Shown: positions 24,262 to 36,672 of the stretch, piece by piece
Position numbering within the stretch: the stretch's first letter is position 1
Layout: the number at the start of each line of letters is the position of its first letter
Assembly: GCA_965235115.1 (NCBI GenBank)
Contig: OZ249436.1
Location: 46,812,001-46,876,000, forward strand
DNA: 64,000 nucleotides
From: Laetmonice hystrix
Lineage: Eukaryota
Reading direction: 5' to 3'
The notes under the pieces: generated by a model
Seen by the model: only the letters and a program-made list of their open reading frames with translations
What the model was told of the DNA's origin: nothing
Databases searched by the model: none
Made by a program: the position numbers and the translations under genes

Positions 24262-25381
24262 TATATAGGTGCAGTGGACTGGAGCGAAGTTTACAAGTCA
24301 CCCAGTCCGAGTTCCGACAGAGCCCACCTTAGATAGAGATCTATTACACTCTGGTGCCCTCCGATAGGGAGAGAGTGCACTCCCATTCTTTCCTATGGTT
24401 CTACTCGACCATTTTGTCAATTGGAGTTTGCCATAATGTACACGACTCGAACCTATCGTTACTTCAGATAGTGCACAACCTCTCGGACTGGGCCCACAAG
24501 CTGATAATATTCAATTGTCTAATGTCCCCCAGCCAGAGGTCTACCTTTAAGTAGGCCGTGTTTATGTCTTACAGGTTTTTTTACTCATTAAAACGAAATA
24601 ATTTTGTGTTAGAGCTGTTGGAGAATGATAGCGGGATTGAAATTCGTTTATCTCAGCCTGGCGCACTCTAATACTGCTTATATTTTATGTATACACTGCT
24701 CACTATATTATAACTTGGATGTTTTATCAATATACATCATTATTTACATAGACGGTGGGGGCATTATCGTATTGTACACGGCATGCAGCATTCTGATCAA
24801 AATTAAATGTGATCTTGTGAATTGTTACGCTCTTTGGCTCTGAGGAGACCCGACGCAAATAAAAAACATCATACGACACATAAAGAGAACTCCTCAAACA
24901 TTTAAAAATGTTAATATCGTTTTCTGGTCTCATTTATAATTCTCCCTTTGTGATAACTCCTAAGATAACTTGTGCAGATTTTGAAATACTGGTCCACCTT
25001 TCTGAATGTAGGTGATCAGAATCTCACTCCTCATGTTACTTGGATATAAACAGGCCAAGTGGTTACTCGTAAGGTGACTAATTGCACCTCTCTCAATCTT
25101 TCTAGATCAAGTGTCATGAAGAGTCCTTGATTTCATCCGTCAAGGTGACCCGAGGGACGCGGCCGATTTACCCAATGGAATATTGTACGCCATTCTATGC
25201 GGGACTGTGCCTGGTTGGAGACACGGGCCAAAATGACCTTAAATTCCGGCTTCAGGCAGTGAATGACCATGTGGGTAGTCTGAAAGCAATCTCATTAGGC
25301 CGGCATCAAAGTGCGGCCATCACAGGTGGTCTGACCCTCGACTCTGAAGATTATGGCACTTCATTGAAAAAATACCCTTCG

Positions 25382-25647
25382 CACTGGCGGATCCAGGATT
25401 TCACTAAAGGGGGGGGGGGGCACAGAAAAGCAATTCATAATTGTTTGCATTACTAATTAAAGCTCATGCTCTCGAATGAGAGTTTTAGAGGTATATGCCT
25501 ACATAATAGCTCGGGGTTTCCGTGAGATACACCGTCAGTTTTAAAATTAATTCAAAATGAGTAGGCCAGAGCCGTGTAGGCCTATAATTAGTGAAGCAAA
25601 AGGGGGGGGGCACGTGCCCCCTGTGCCCCCCTCTGGATCCGCATTGG
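25382..25647. mobile_element. MITE with 5-bp TSD (hAT5-like)
   Basis: cactggcggatccag...ctggatccgcattgg flanked by CTTCG twice. Confidence 0.7.
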
Positions 25648-26084
25648 CTTCGTAAACTGGCCAATTATCTGGTAATATTTGTAACGAGGAGGTTCAAGGG
25701 ATCCACACCATTCTCATGGTGCTATCCTTACCTTCTGTTTGGGATCATAACGGGAAAAATAAACAGATAATACTACAAATCTAAATTGTCGACTCACGGT
25801 TCAACGTACGCGTAGAACTGCTTGTCAATGGCTACAACTGTTCCGTACATACCTGCAAGTGACAAAATGGTCATTTAGTACTACATCGTTAATGTTGCAA
25901 CCTTGGAAGTCATGCTTGTTAACACCATAGACGTCACGTACCTCTATGTTAACACCAATAACAAAGGCTCCCAGAACTTGCTGGTACACTGGTCATTTCA
26001 CAAATCTCATTTGGAAATGAAATACAATTTGTTAGAAAACTGGTCAATACTGGAATTCAATCAAACATGGCAATGAAATTTGTT

Positions 26085-26510
26085 AGTTCTAGTCACACAC
26101 TGTAACTCCAGTTCTTGTCACACACTGTAACTCCAGTTCTAGTCACACACTGTAACTCCAGTTCTAGTCACACACTGTAACTCCAGTTCTAGTCACACAC
26201 TGTAACTCCAGCTCTAGTCACACACTGTAACTCCAGCTCTAGTCACACACTGTAACTCCAGCTCTAGTCACACACTGTAACTCCAGCTCTAGTCACACAC
26301 TGTAACTCCAGCTCTAGTCACACACTGTAACTCCAGCTCTAGTCACACACTGTAACTCCAGTTCTAGTCACACACTGTAACTCCAGCTCTAGTCACACAC
26401 TGTAACTCCAGTTCTAGTCACACACTGTAACTCCAGTTCTTGTCACACACTGTAACTCCAGTTCTAGTCACACACTGTAACTCCAGTTCTTGTCACACAC
26501 TGTAACTCCA
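26085..26510. repeat. 25-bp minisatellite (~17 copies)
   Basis: Unit agttctagtcacacactgtaactcc. Confidence 0.96.
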
Positions 26511-27092
26511 ATGCCTTTTCCATGATGTGCAGAATTCAATACTTATTCACAGAAATTACTTGGATACGAAGCATGCTCTTGAGAAAGATTTATGTAAATG
26601 AAATCAGTTTGTGTAAGCAATATCTATGCTCAACTGTAAATCTACAGTTCAAAATTCTAGGGTTACCGACATCTCACCGGTACATCAAATATATAAATCT
26701 GGTCAATGACTGCACTGAATGACCCGGTATCAATTCCTTCTTGTTAGACGATCAAACACATTGGTCTATTGGGATATCATCATCAAAGGACCGTGCTGTC
26801 CAGCCAAGGGCGAGCTACTGCTGCCACCTAGCGCCAGTTCTATCAACCAGTTATCACTTTACAAAAACGCCTTGAACTTCAGAAACCTAACCTATTAATA
26901 TCTACTTAACATAGACTCTTTTTTCTTTTTTTTTTGGAACGCTTTTTTCAAAGATGTAGATGCATGTAGGCCTACATTTTCCCAGTGAAACTAACAGTAT
27001 CCGAAATTCAATAACCGTTTTTCACGAATGCCCTCTACTATAATAGTACACCTTCTCCCGGTTTTGAAGAACAAGAGAAAAATATCAGTCGG

Positions 27093-27307
27093 CAGGGCCG
27101 GCGCGACCGCGGGGCGGGGGGTAGAGGGTGTATTTACCCTCCCAAAATTTTGGTTGATGGTGCCCTTTTCTGGTTGATGGTGCCCTTTTTATAAGGAAGT
27201 GTCACCAAAGACGGGCTTCACTACGATTGGGCATTGACCTCTAGGTGCCCTAATCGAATGTTCCCCCCCCCCCCCCCCCCAACCGCGAACAGGTTGCGCC
27301 GGCCCTG
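27093..27307. mobile_element. MITE with 5-bp TSD (hAT5-like)
   Basis: cagggccggcgc...gcgccggccctg flanked by GTCGG twice. Confidence 0.75.
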
Positions 27308-27972
27308 GTCGGACCTTTGTTTTGTAATACATGTAAATTCTCTCCGAGCTCGAGGTGACATGGACGGCGTGTGTCACGCCCTCTGGTGGAAAAACAACTA
27401 CACACCAGGGGGCGCCTCTGTGAGTCTGTCTCTGGCCCCCAAGCGGCAACCATATGAATCACGTGCCTTGCGCCGAAGAAAACATCCGAAAACTGCTGAA
27501 GTAAACTGCCAATGAACAATCGCCACTAGTCAAGTAGTAGGCCTACTACGTACACATAATGTAGTACATCTATAAATATGTCATTTGATTCCGGCGACCT
27601 CCAATGTGGTCATTATGGGCGTGAGGACAATTTGTTCTGACGTCATCACTGGCGCAGTGAGGGACACCGTCTTGGGGCATGTCAGCTGGTTCTCACAGTT
27701 TGCCGCATTGGTTCGTGTAAAAACGTTATTCTCTATACATGACTATAACACTGCATACAGCAGTCATGCATACAGAAACCGGCCCAAGTTATGTATGATA
27801 TCCGACATCACGCCGACTTGAACGCTACTGGGTTCTCTCCTGCCAAACTGGCAAACACTAACAAACAGGACCATTTTCAGGAATATGACTAAATTCCACG
27901 TGGTTTTGTATTACCCCAAATGAAGTAATAGCTTTAATAAGGCCGAGGTCGAGCTCTTCTTAGAGCGAACAG

Positions 27973-28500
27973 ACTATAATACCTCTCCCTTAGTGAATAG
28001 TACATGTTGGTCACACTATAACACTCCTCCCTTAGTGAATAGTACATTATGGTCACACTATAATACCTTTCTCATAGTGAATATTACATTATGGTCACAC
28101 TATAATACCTCTCCCATGGGGAATAGTAGTTAGTACATTATGGTCACATTCTAACACCTCTCCCTTAGTGAATAGTACGTTATGGTCACACTATAATACT
28201 TCTTCCTTGGTGAATAGTACATTATGGTCACATTATAATACCTCTCCCATAGTTAATAGTACTTTATGGTCACACTATAATACCTCTCCCCTGGTGAATA
28301 GTACATTATGGTCACACTATAATACTTCTCCCTTGGTGAATAGTACATTATGGTCACACTATAATACCTCTCCCCTGGTGAATAGTACGTTATGGTCACA
28401 CTATAATACTTCTCCCTTGGTGAATAGTACGTTATGGTCACATTATAATACCTCTCCCACAGTGAATAATACATTGTGGTCACATTATAATACCTCTCCC
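27973..28500. repeat. 42-bp minisatellite
   Basis: Unit ctataatacctctcccctggtgaatagtacattatggtcaca. Confidence 0.95.
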
Positions 28501-29096
28501 TCCCCGGGTTTGGTTGGAGTGGGATCACTGTGACCCAAAGTATATTGATCTTATTCAATCGATGGTCTTTCTATGACTCTAACGGTTTTCTCAACAGGGG
28601 ATAAAATAACAATAATTCAAAGGAACGCAGGATGGAATCTGCACAGAAGGAAGGAAGGATTACCCGTTGTGTACTGAAATACACTGATGACACATGATGC
28701 CAAGGTCAATAACGGCTCACTCAAAGGGGATCTGCCTTCTTTCCCAACACCTGTTAAAACTACCTGGCGGTGTGTATGTGCGTGGGGGGGGGGGGGGGGG
28801 GGCTACCTGGCAGTATGTGTGGCGGGGGGGGGGGGCTACACAGGGCCATCAGGTGGAGTAGGGCAGAGTCGATAAGTTGACTGTCCCCTTCAGTCTACGT
28901 TTGGCTCCGACATTTCGAAGTGCCCTGTATGCAGAACCCATCCCTAGGGACTCCCCGACCAGCAGCTCGAGTATTTTGGGCCTTACTTTATTTACTCAAT
29001 CCACACGGCAAGCCAATAGCAAGGACTGCAAACTGCGATTTGTATTGGGGAAAAGTGCACTTTTCTGTACAAGTGTACCGTAATTTCACAAAACAT

Positions 29097-29381
29097 GGAC
29101 CTTTAGGACACAGTGAACCTTTAGGACAAAGTGGAACTTTAGGACAAAGTGAACCTTTAGGACAAAGTGAACCTTTAGGACAAAGTGGAACTTTAGGAAA
29201 AAGTGGACCTTAAGGTCAAAGTGGAACTTTAGGACAAAGTGGACCTTAAGGTCAAAGTGGAACTTTAGGACAAAGTGAACCTTTAGGACAAATGAACCTT
29301 TAGGACAAAGTGAACCTTTAGGACAAAGTGGACCTTAAGGTTAAAGTGGAACTTTAGGACAAAGTGAACCTATAGGACAAA
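29097..29381. repeat. 18-bp minisatellite
   Basis: Unit ctttaggacaaagtgaac and variants. Confidence 0.94.
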
Positions 29382-29956
29382 ATTGACCGTGGCCATGGCT
29401 TCCAGATAGAAAGTTTTGCCCTCGACCTTAACAATAAATCCATTATATCGTGGTCCCCTTGACAACTGTTGGGAACACAAATTCCCGATGCTCGCATCAA
29501 TCAGTTTTTAGCCCACCAGATGACAATAAGATTGCCCCTGAAGGTTTTAAAAGAAATCTGCAACCTCAGCAGTTTGGCGGTTTACGGTATAATTGTAAAT
29601 GCGGTTTCCCAAACTGGCGACATACAGATTCTGGTTCCAGTCATTTCGCATTGGTGAGTCCATTGAAAAACTTTCTCTCAACTTCAACCCGTGATAACTC
29701 AACAATTATTGTTTTCTTTTTTTATCAAACTTACTATGCAGCAGAACCAAAATTTCTTATGTTAGAAATATTCATTTGTCAAAAAACAGGCCAATATTTT
29801 GGAGAGGTGTACGGTCAGCCTATGTAAAACCAATGGGGAACTGTGACGTAATAATGCCGTATGTCGTCACGAGACTCACGCTCCCAGTCCCTATACTATT
29901 CCTAGCCCCAAACTACTGTTCTCGGTCTTCATACCTCCCCAAAAATTTATCCCTAC

Positions 29957-30195
29957 ACCTGCCCTGCCCTTGCCCTGTCCTTGCCCTGCCCTTGCCTTGC
30001 CCTTGCCCTGCCTGTCCTTGCCCTGCCCTTGCCCTGTCCTGACCCTGCCCTGACCCTACCTGCCCTGCCCTGCCCTTGCCCTGCCCTTGCCCTGCCCTTG
30101 CCTTGCCCTTGCCTTGCCCTGCCCTTGCCCTGCCCTTGCCCTGGCCTTGCCCTGTCCTTCCCCTGCCTGCCCTGCCCTTGCCCTGTACTTGCCCC
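29957..30195. repeat. (GCCCT/GCCCTT)n simple repeat
   Basis: Direct inspection. Confidence 0.93.
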
Positions 30196-31009
30196 TAATT
30201 TCGCGCGAATGCTATCATGGGGGGATACCAGTATCAGGAGCCGTGACTCCTGGAACAGGTGCACTCCGACCTGCCCGGAGTTTTACCAAGGACATCCCGA
30301 TTATTGAACCCTCCAGAAACTGGGCAGTAAAACACGCCGATCAATATGTGACTGACAGTCCTGGTGCCAGAGCTTAGCGATAAATTCGTCCTTTCCACAA
30401 GTCTATCTTGTCTTCTCGCCTGGCCGGCTGCCTGCCTGATGTCGGATGCCAGGACCACTTACAGACCACTGGAGACAGGTGGTAGACCACTCTTTGACTT
30501 CAACGGAGGATATTCTATTAATAATATGTTCACAGCTACTGTTCCGCAGTGTGGATTTCCTTCAACCCTGAGGTCCGTCCAAACAGACAGGTGGGTTAGG
30601 TTGAAGTCACCTGTACAAGACTAATCAGTGTCCTGCCGGACTTTAAAACATCAACAGTTTCACACTTCTATCAATGCCAGCACTACTGCAGCGCCGTCTG
30701 AAAGTCAACCATTGTAGTTTCCTGTCTACTCATTGCCCATGACTCGTTCAGCGCTGCCTACAGCCTCAGCTTGCCTATCAGTAACGAGCTCCAACAGTCA
30801 CTGGCTGCCTCCTAAACTACAGCTTGATGTCGCACGTCCTCTCTGTCTCGTGTTGCATTTCCTTCTAATGTATCAGTAAAGAGCTCCAATAGAGTCCATT
30901 GGCTGTCACCACTTATTCCCAGCTGACAATGTCTCTACTAAAGTCTGACCTTTGACACGAGACGGGATGGCAGAGAACTGGGACACCGACCAGTCGGAAA
31001 ACTCTCGGA

Positions 31010-32844
31010 ATGGAGCTTCCCATCCAAGTCCAGTGATGGGGCTTCCCATCCAAGTCCAATGAGGGAGCTCCCCATCCAAGTCCAATGATGGAGCTCCCCA
31101 TCCAAGTCCAATGATGGAGCTCCCCATCCAAGTCCAATGATGGAGCTTCCCATCCAAGTCCAATGATGGAGCTTCCCATCCAAGGCCAGTGATGGAGCTC
31201 CCTATCCAAGTCCAATGATGGAGCTTCCCATCCAAGTCCAAAGATGGAGCTACCCATCCAAGTCCAATGATGGAGCTTCCCATCCAAGTCCAATGATGGA
31301 GCTTCCCATCCAAGGCCAATGATGGAGCTTCCCATCCAAGTCCAATGATGGAGCTTCCCATCCAAGGCCAGTGATGGAGCTCCCTATCCAAGTCAAATGA
31401 TGGAGCTTCCCATCCAAGTCCAAAGATGGAGCTACCCATCCAAGTCCAATGATGGAGCTTCCCATCCAAGTCCAAAGATGGAGCTACCCATCCAAGTCCA
31501 ATGATGGAGCTTCCCATCCAAGGCCAATGATGGAGCTTCCCATTCAAGTCCAATGATGGAGCTTCCCATCCAAGGCCAATGATGGAGCTTCCCATCCAAG
31601 GCCAATGATGGAGCTTCCCATCCAAGTCCAATGATGGAGCTACCCATCCAAGTCCAATGATGGAGCTACCCATCCAAGTCCAATGATGGAGCTACCCATC
31701 CAAGTCCAATGATGGAGCTTCCCATCCAAATCCAGTGATGGAGCTCCCCATCCAAATCCAAAGATAGAGCTTCCCATCCAAGTCCAATGATGGAGCTCCC
31801 CATCCAAGTCCAATGATGGAGCTTCCCATCCAAATCCAGTGATGGAGCTCCCCATCCAAATCCAAAGATAGAGCTTCCCATCCAAGTCCAATGATGGAGC
31901 TTCCCATCCAAGTCCAATGATGGAGCTTCCCATCCAAGTCCAATGATGGAGCTCCCCATCCAAGTCCAATGATGGAGCTACTCATCCAAGTCCAATGATG
32001 GAGCTTCCCACCCAAGTCCAATGATGGAGCTACTCATCCAAGTCCAATGATGGAACTTGATTTCCCATCCAAGTCCAATGATGGAGCTACTCATCCAAGT
32101 CCAATGATGGAGCTACCCATCCAAGTCCAATGATGGAGCTTCCCATCCAAGTCCAATGATGGAACTTGATTTCCCATCCAAGTCCAATGATGGAGCTCCC
32201 CATCCAAGTCCAATGATGGAGCTTCCCATCCAAGTCCAATGATGGAGCTACTCATCCAAGTCCAATGAATGGAGCTCCCCATCCAAGTCCAATGATGGAG
32301 CTTCCCATCCAAGGCCAGTGATGGAGCTTCCCATCCAAGTCCAAAGATGGAGCTACCCATCCAAGTCCAATGATGGAGCTCCCCATCCAAGGCCAATGAT
32401 GGAGCTCCCCATCCAAGTCCAATGATGGAGCTCCCCATCCAAGTCCAATGATGGAGCTCCCCATCCAAGTCCAATGATGGAGCTTCCCATCCAAGTCCAA
32501 TGATGGAGCTTCCCATCCAAGGCCAGTGATGGAGCTCCCTATCCAAGTCCAATGATGGAGCTTCCCATCCAAGTCCAATGATGGAGCTTCCCATCCAAGG
32601 CCAATGATGGAGCTTCCCATCCAAGGCCAATGATGGAGCTTCCCATTCAAGTCCAATGATGGAGCTTCCCATTCAAGTCCAATGATGGAGCTTCCCATCC
32701 AAGGCCAATGATGGAGCTTCCCATCCAAGGCCAATGATGGAGCTTCCCATCCAAGGCCAATGATGGAGCTCCCCATCCAAGTCCAATGACGGAGCTCCCC
32801 ATCCAAGTCCAATGACGGAGCTTCCCATCCAAGTCCAATGATGG
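31010..32844. repeat. 26-bp minisatellite (~70 copies)
   Basis: Unit gatggagcttcccatccaagtccaat; produces the MGSSIIGLG... ORFs in all minus frames. Confidence 0.97.
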
Positions 32845-33697
32845 TGGATGGTAAGATTCCATGTGCACCGCCAACATCTCAAACTGTCGGCCTCGCGGGG
32901 CGCGCTGTATTACATACGTTATGACTGACACTCTCCACCTCGTCTGACTCGGCTCAGTATATCAGATATTGATGGTATCACGTCTTACAAAAATATACTT
33001 TTGCTATAAGTGCTAAGTAATCGTCATAAACTGAATAACTAGGTCTATCTTCAGAAAGAGTATGACATTGCATGAAAATATTCAGGGGGGACTTGATTGT
33101 TTTTTTTTGTCCTGTACAGAAAGTGCAGTGAAGAGTTAAAACTATAAATCTGTATTACTGAGAATATCAATACGTAACAATTAGGTGATGAAAAAAAAGA
33201 GTATGGTTCGAACCACCAGCTCTAACTTCAAAAGATCACAAATAAAATTAGCACAAATGCACTGTGATCCAACCACTCGGAGTTAGCCAAAGTACCGCCC
33301 AAGTGCATAAAGAAAGACTTAGAACATAATAAACTGAGCACGGTTTATTGTTTGTAGTCTGCCTCCACATTCCTGTGGCCTACTTGGTTTGTCTGGCTCC
33401 GAAATAACTGTCTATATGAGCCATCAGCACAGCTGTCTACATGGTGCCTTCTGAGAGAAATCTTACTGGCAACCCACAGGTTTCGCTCTCTGTGGGTGAC
33501 ATCTAGGGGAGGTAATATCCTTATAACAGTAGCGATACTTAACTAATAATCTAATAACACAGCTTACCTGGTAATTACGTAATTACGTAACCTGCAGAAA
33601 CTACAGTTAAAGCAATCATTTCAATTCCTTGTACTCCAAAATGTACATATGGGCTGTTAGGTTAGACAACAGAAATCAATCAATAACACTCACAGAC

Positions 33698-33954
33698 ATG
33701 GATAAATGTACATATGAAATTCAACATTCCAGTTGCCTGTTGTCGCTATGAAGCGATCGTCTTATGGCTGGTTGTTGACAAAATAGCTGACCTGGCATTG
33801 ACTGTAACAGCCAATGAAATTCATCGGGCGATGAATTTCATTGGCTGTTCAACTTTCAAGTCAATGCCAGGTCAACAACCGGCCATGAGACGTTCGCTTC
33901 ATTCATGGCGACAAGAAGCAACTAGAATGTCGAATTTCATTTTTATTTCTCCAT
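33698..33954. mobile_element. Palindromic foldback MITE
   Basis: atgaaattcaacattccagttgc...gcaactagaatgtcgaatttcat; central perfect hairpin aacagccaatgaaattcatcg-gg-cgatgaatttcattggctgtt; no clear TSD. Confidence 0.7.
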
Positions 33955-35307
33955 TTATTTATTTATGTAGTCTAATTTAAGGCCTTATCCAACCTAGCAG
34001 CCCTTGTATGCATTTTGGAGTCATTGAAATGAGAGATACCTGCTGGTTGCTTTAATACAAATTCTCAATAACAACACTTTTTTGCGTGAAGAAATTCTTA
34101 AAAACTTAAGGGATATTGGGGGGGGGGGGGGCTCCCCACCATAAAAGTCATGGGGGGATGCCCCCTGACCCTCCACTTCCGCCATCTATGAATGACTAAA
34201 AGCAGCGCTCCGATGTCATTATGTCTGAGTGGAGATGCTCATAATATTATCTCAGTGGGCGGACGGACACTTGCGACTGGGTGGGACAGACAGGAATGGT
34301 TGAGTCTCACCACAACACTCAACCCGTGAGATAGCAACAGTTGGAAGTCTGGGTATAAACACTGCTTACACTGGCCGTACATTGAACCTGCCATCAGCTG
34401 GTAGCAAGGAAAGAGTCGTCTACCAAACTTCAGCATGAAAATACGATTCTTGTTTATTTTTGGACCTTTCCTTGCGACATGAACTTACTCGGATATCCAG
34501 TAAATTACGCCACATATTTACCACAGGCCAAATTTCGGTAATTATAAAATAAAACAATTCACCTGTTGCAGTATTTTCACTTTTCAATATTAAAATTGAT
34601 ATACCCAGTCTTACAAAATATATTTGACCTTCGTGTATGTCCTCCATGAGTAGGGCATCACTTTATCATTTATATCCCCCCCCCCCAAAAAAAAAGGTTC
34701 AAGCTCGAAAGGCAGGTTTCTCTCTAGCTTCATCCTCATCATTGCCCTCCTGGGACTCGGGGGTATAGGTCCTTGATTTAAATGGTATAATATCGCCCTG
34801 AATATGACAGAAATACTGCCGACAGGGCGTAAAATTATCCCAATTCACACACTTCCTGGAAAAGCTCAGCAAATTGGGGAATTTCTTTTTTACTGAGTTT
34901 ATACATTAAAACACGACGTAGTGGTACCCTTCACATTGCCCCAACTGTGGGTCAGGGTGGCCAGGGTGACTGCGTCTACCCCTGGTGAACAATCCTCAAG
35001 TCACGACGGAACCTGATACTAAATCTTGTATAGAAACTGGTCATGGTATCTCAGAGACAGGATGCTATGTAATGTATAAAACGGTCAGCAACCTTCAATC
35101 TGAATCCGGATAGAAATTATCCTTCCGGTAAGATAGCAGAATTCAATGTTACTAACTCTTGAAATGATGGTCAATGCTGACGAAATCATTCACAAAACTT
35201 CTCTCTTTTCTGTCAAAATCGAATGAGAAGGGGTTTATTGTGGTATTCAAAGCCCACTAAATTTCGACCCCCTTTTTCCGAGGATATAAATAATGACGGT
35301 GCCTTAC

Positions 35308-35346
35308 CTTCACGTTAAAACCCACATCAATCCTACTATATGCCAT
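35308..35346 (-). CDS. Candidate alternative first coding exon of PKA-RI (MAYSRIDVGFNVK), copy A
   Basis: acaATGG start context, 13 codons, donor AAG|gtaagg, phase 0. Confidence 0.4.
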
Positions 35347-36633
35347 TGTCAGCCGTACTCCACCGCACACGTGTACTCACGATTTACTCTCAATAAATAA
35401 AATCACCTGTTCCACGTTCATTACAGCCGCTATATTCCTCCCGGCGTTGTGATGTAATGATCGTGGAGACCAGGCAGCTGGAGGATGCTGGTAGCTTCCA
35501 ATGACAGACGCTCGCGGGCCCCCACCCCCTCACCCCCAGCCCGAGTGATCAGTCTCCTGCTATATCATTATCAGTACTCGCCATGCAGTCTGATGACGAC
35601 ATAGCGTGATGCTGGAGTTCCACCACCACCATTCCCCAATCCCACCAGACATTATTATCGGCACCATCTCCACCTCTTCCTCCACCACTTCATCGCGATC
35701 TGTTCACACTTGTCCGTGGTACAAGATAAACTTGCACCATGTCAGACCTTGTAGTCAGACAGTTTACCAGCCGCCCGCTGTGTCCTTCCCCCCGGCGGCC
35801 ACCTACCAGTCAGCTGTCGGTCAGCACACCAGGTACTGGTATTGTACGCTTCACTACCTCCTGGCATTCCCGTCATGCCCCCAGGACATGGTCCTACCCC
35901 ACCCACGTGGTGAGTCGCCGTCTTACCTTCAAAACGAAATGGTTTACGTTTATTCATAAGTGTTCAAATCGGACCCCTCCAGACTCGCAGGGAGAGACGG
36001 AGCTGTAGGTGGCGGCACTAGGGATCAACCCCAGCCCACTTGTAATTTTCGCACAACCGCACGGGATCGCAGTACTACAGTGTCCACATCGCTGTGTGGA
36101 CACAGCGTCCCAGCTAAGTGTCCCATGGTCTCTTTGTGCTTCTTGTGTCTTCTACAGCGGCCCTTCTGACGGCGGGAATTCCTACCCCATCCCATCCCAT
36201 CCCATCCCATCCCATCCCATCCCATCCCACCAGGTCGTCCTGCCACGTGGTGCACTGGCACACCTTGGTAAAGTTTGAGCTGCAGGTCTCCGAACTCCAG
36301 TATCTAGGTCTGTGGAAGAACCAAGACATGATGAATAACAAAAATAATCTCTTCAGGGCGGCATGATATAGCTTATCCAATTCCCTTATTATACAGCCCG
36401 TATACCACCCCACCCCACCTTCAATCTGAATCCGGATAGAAATTATCCTTCCGGTAAGATAGCAGAATTCAATGTTACTAACTCTTGAAATGATGGTCAA
36501 TGCTGACGAAATCATTCATAAAACTTCTCTCTTTTCTGTCAAAATCGAATGAGAAGGGGTTTATTGTGGAATTCAAAGCCCACTAAATTTCGACCCCCTT
36601 TTTCCGAGGATATAAATAATGACGGTGCCTTAC

Positions 36634-36672
36634 CTGCACGTTAAAACCCACATCAATCCTACTATATGCCAT
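36634..36672 (-). CDS. Candidate alternative first coding exon of PKA-RI (MAYSRIDVGFNVQ), copy B
   Basis: Duplicate of copy A with donor CAG|gtaagg, phase 0. Confidence 0.4.

Noticed and set aside
30906..32931. Multiple MGSSIIGLG/HHW ORFs
   Set aside because: A 26-bp repeat read in all three minus frames; unit length is not a multiple of 3
33568..33591. 24-nt micro-exon (ctgcag|GTTACG...CAG|gtaagc, minus strand)
   Set aside because: Contains a stop codon in phase 0; at most a non-coding or poison exon, with no further support
35927..35957. MNKRKPFRFE-G|gtaaga as a coding first exon (and its duplicate)
   Set aside because: Donor is phase 1, incompatible with the phase-0 D/D exon; could only be a UTR exon
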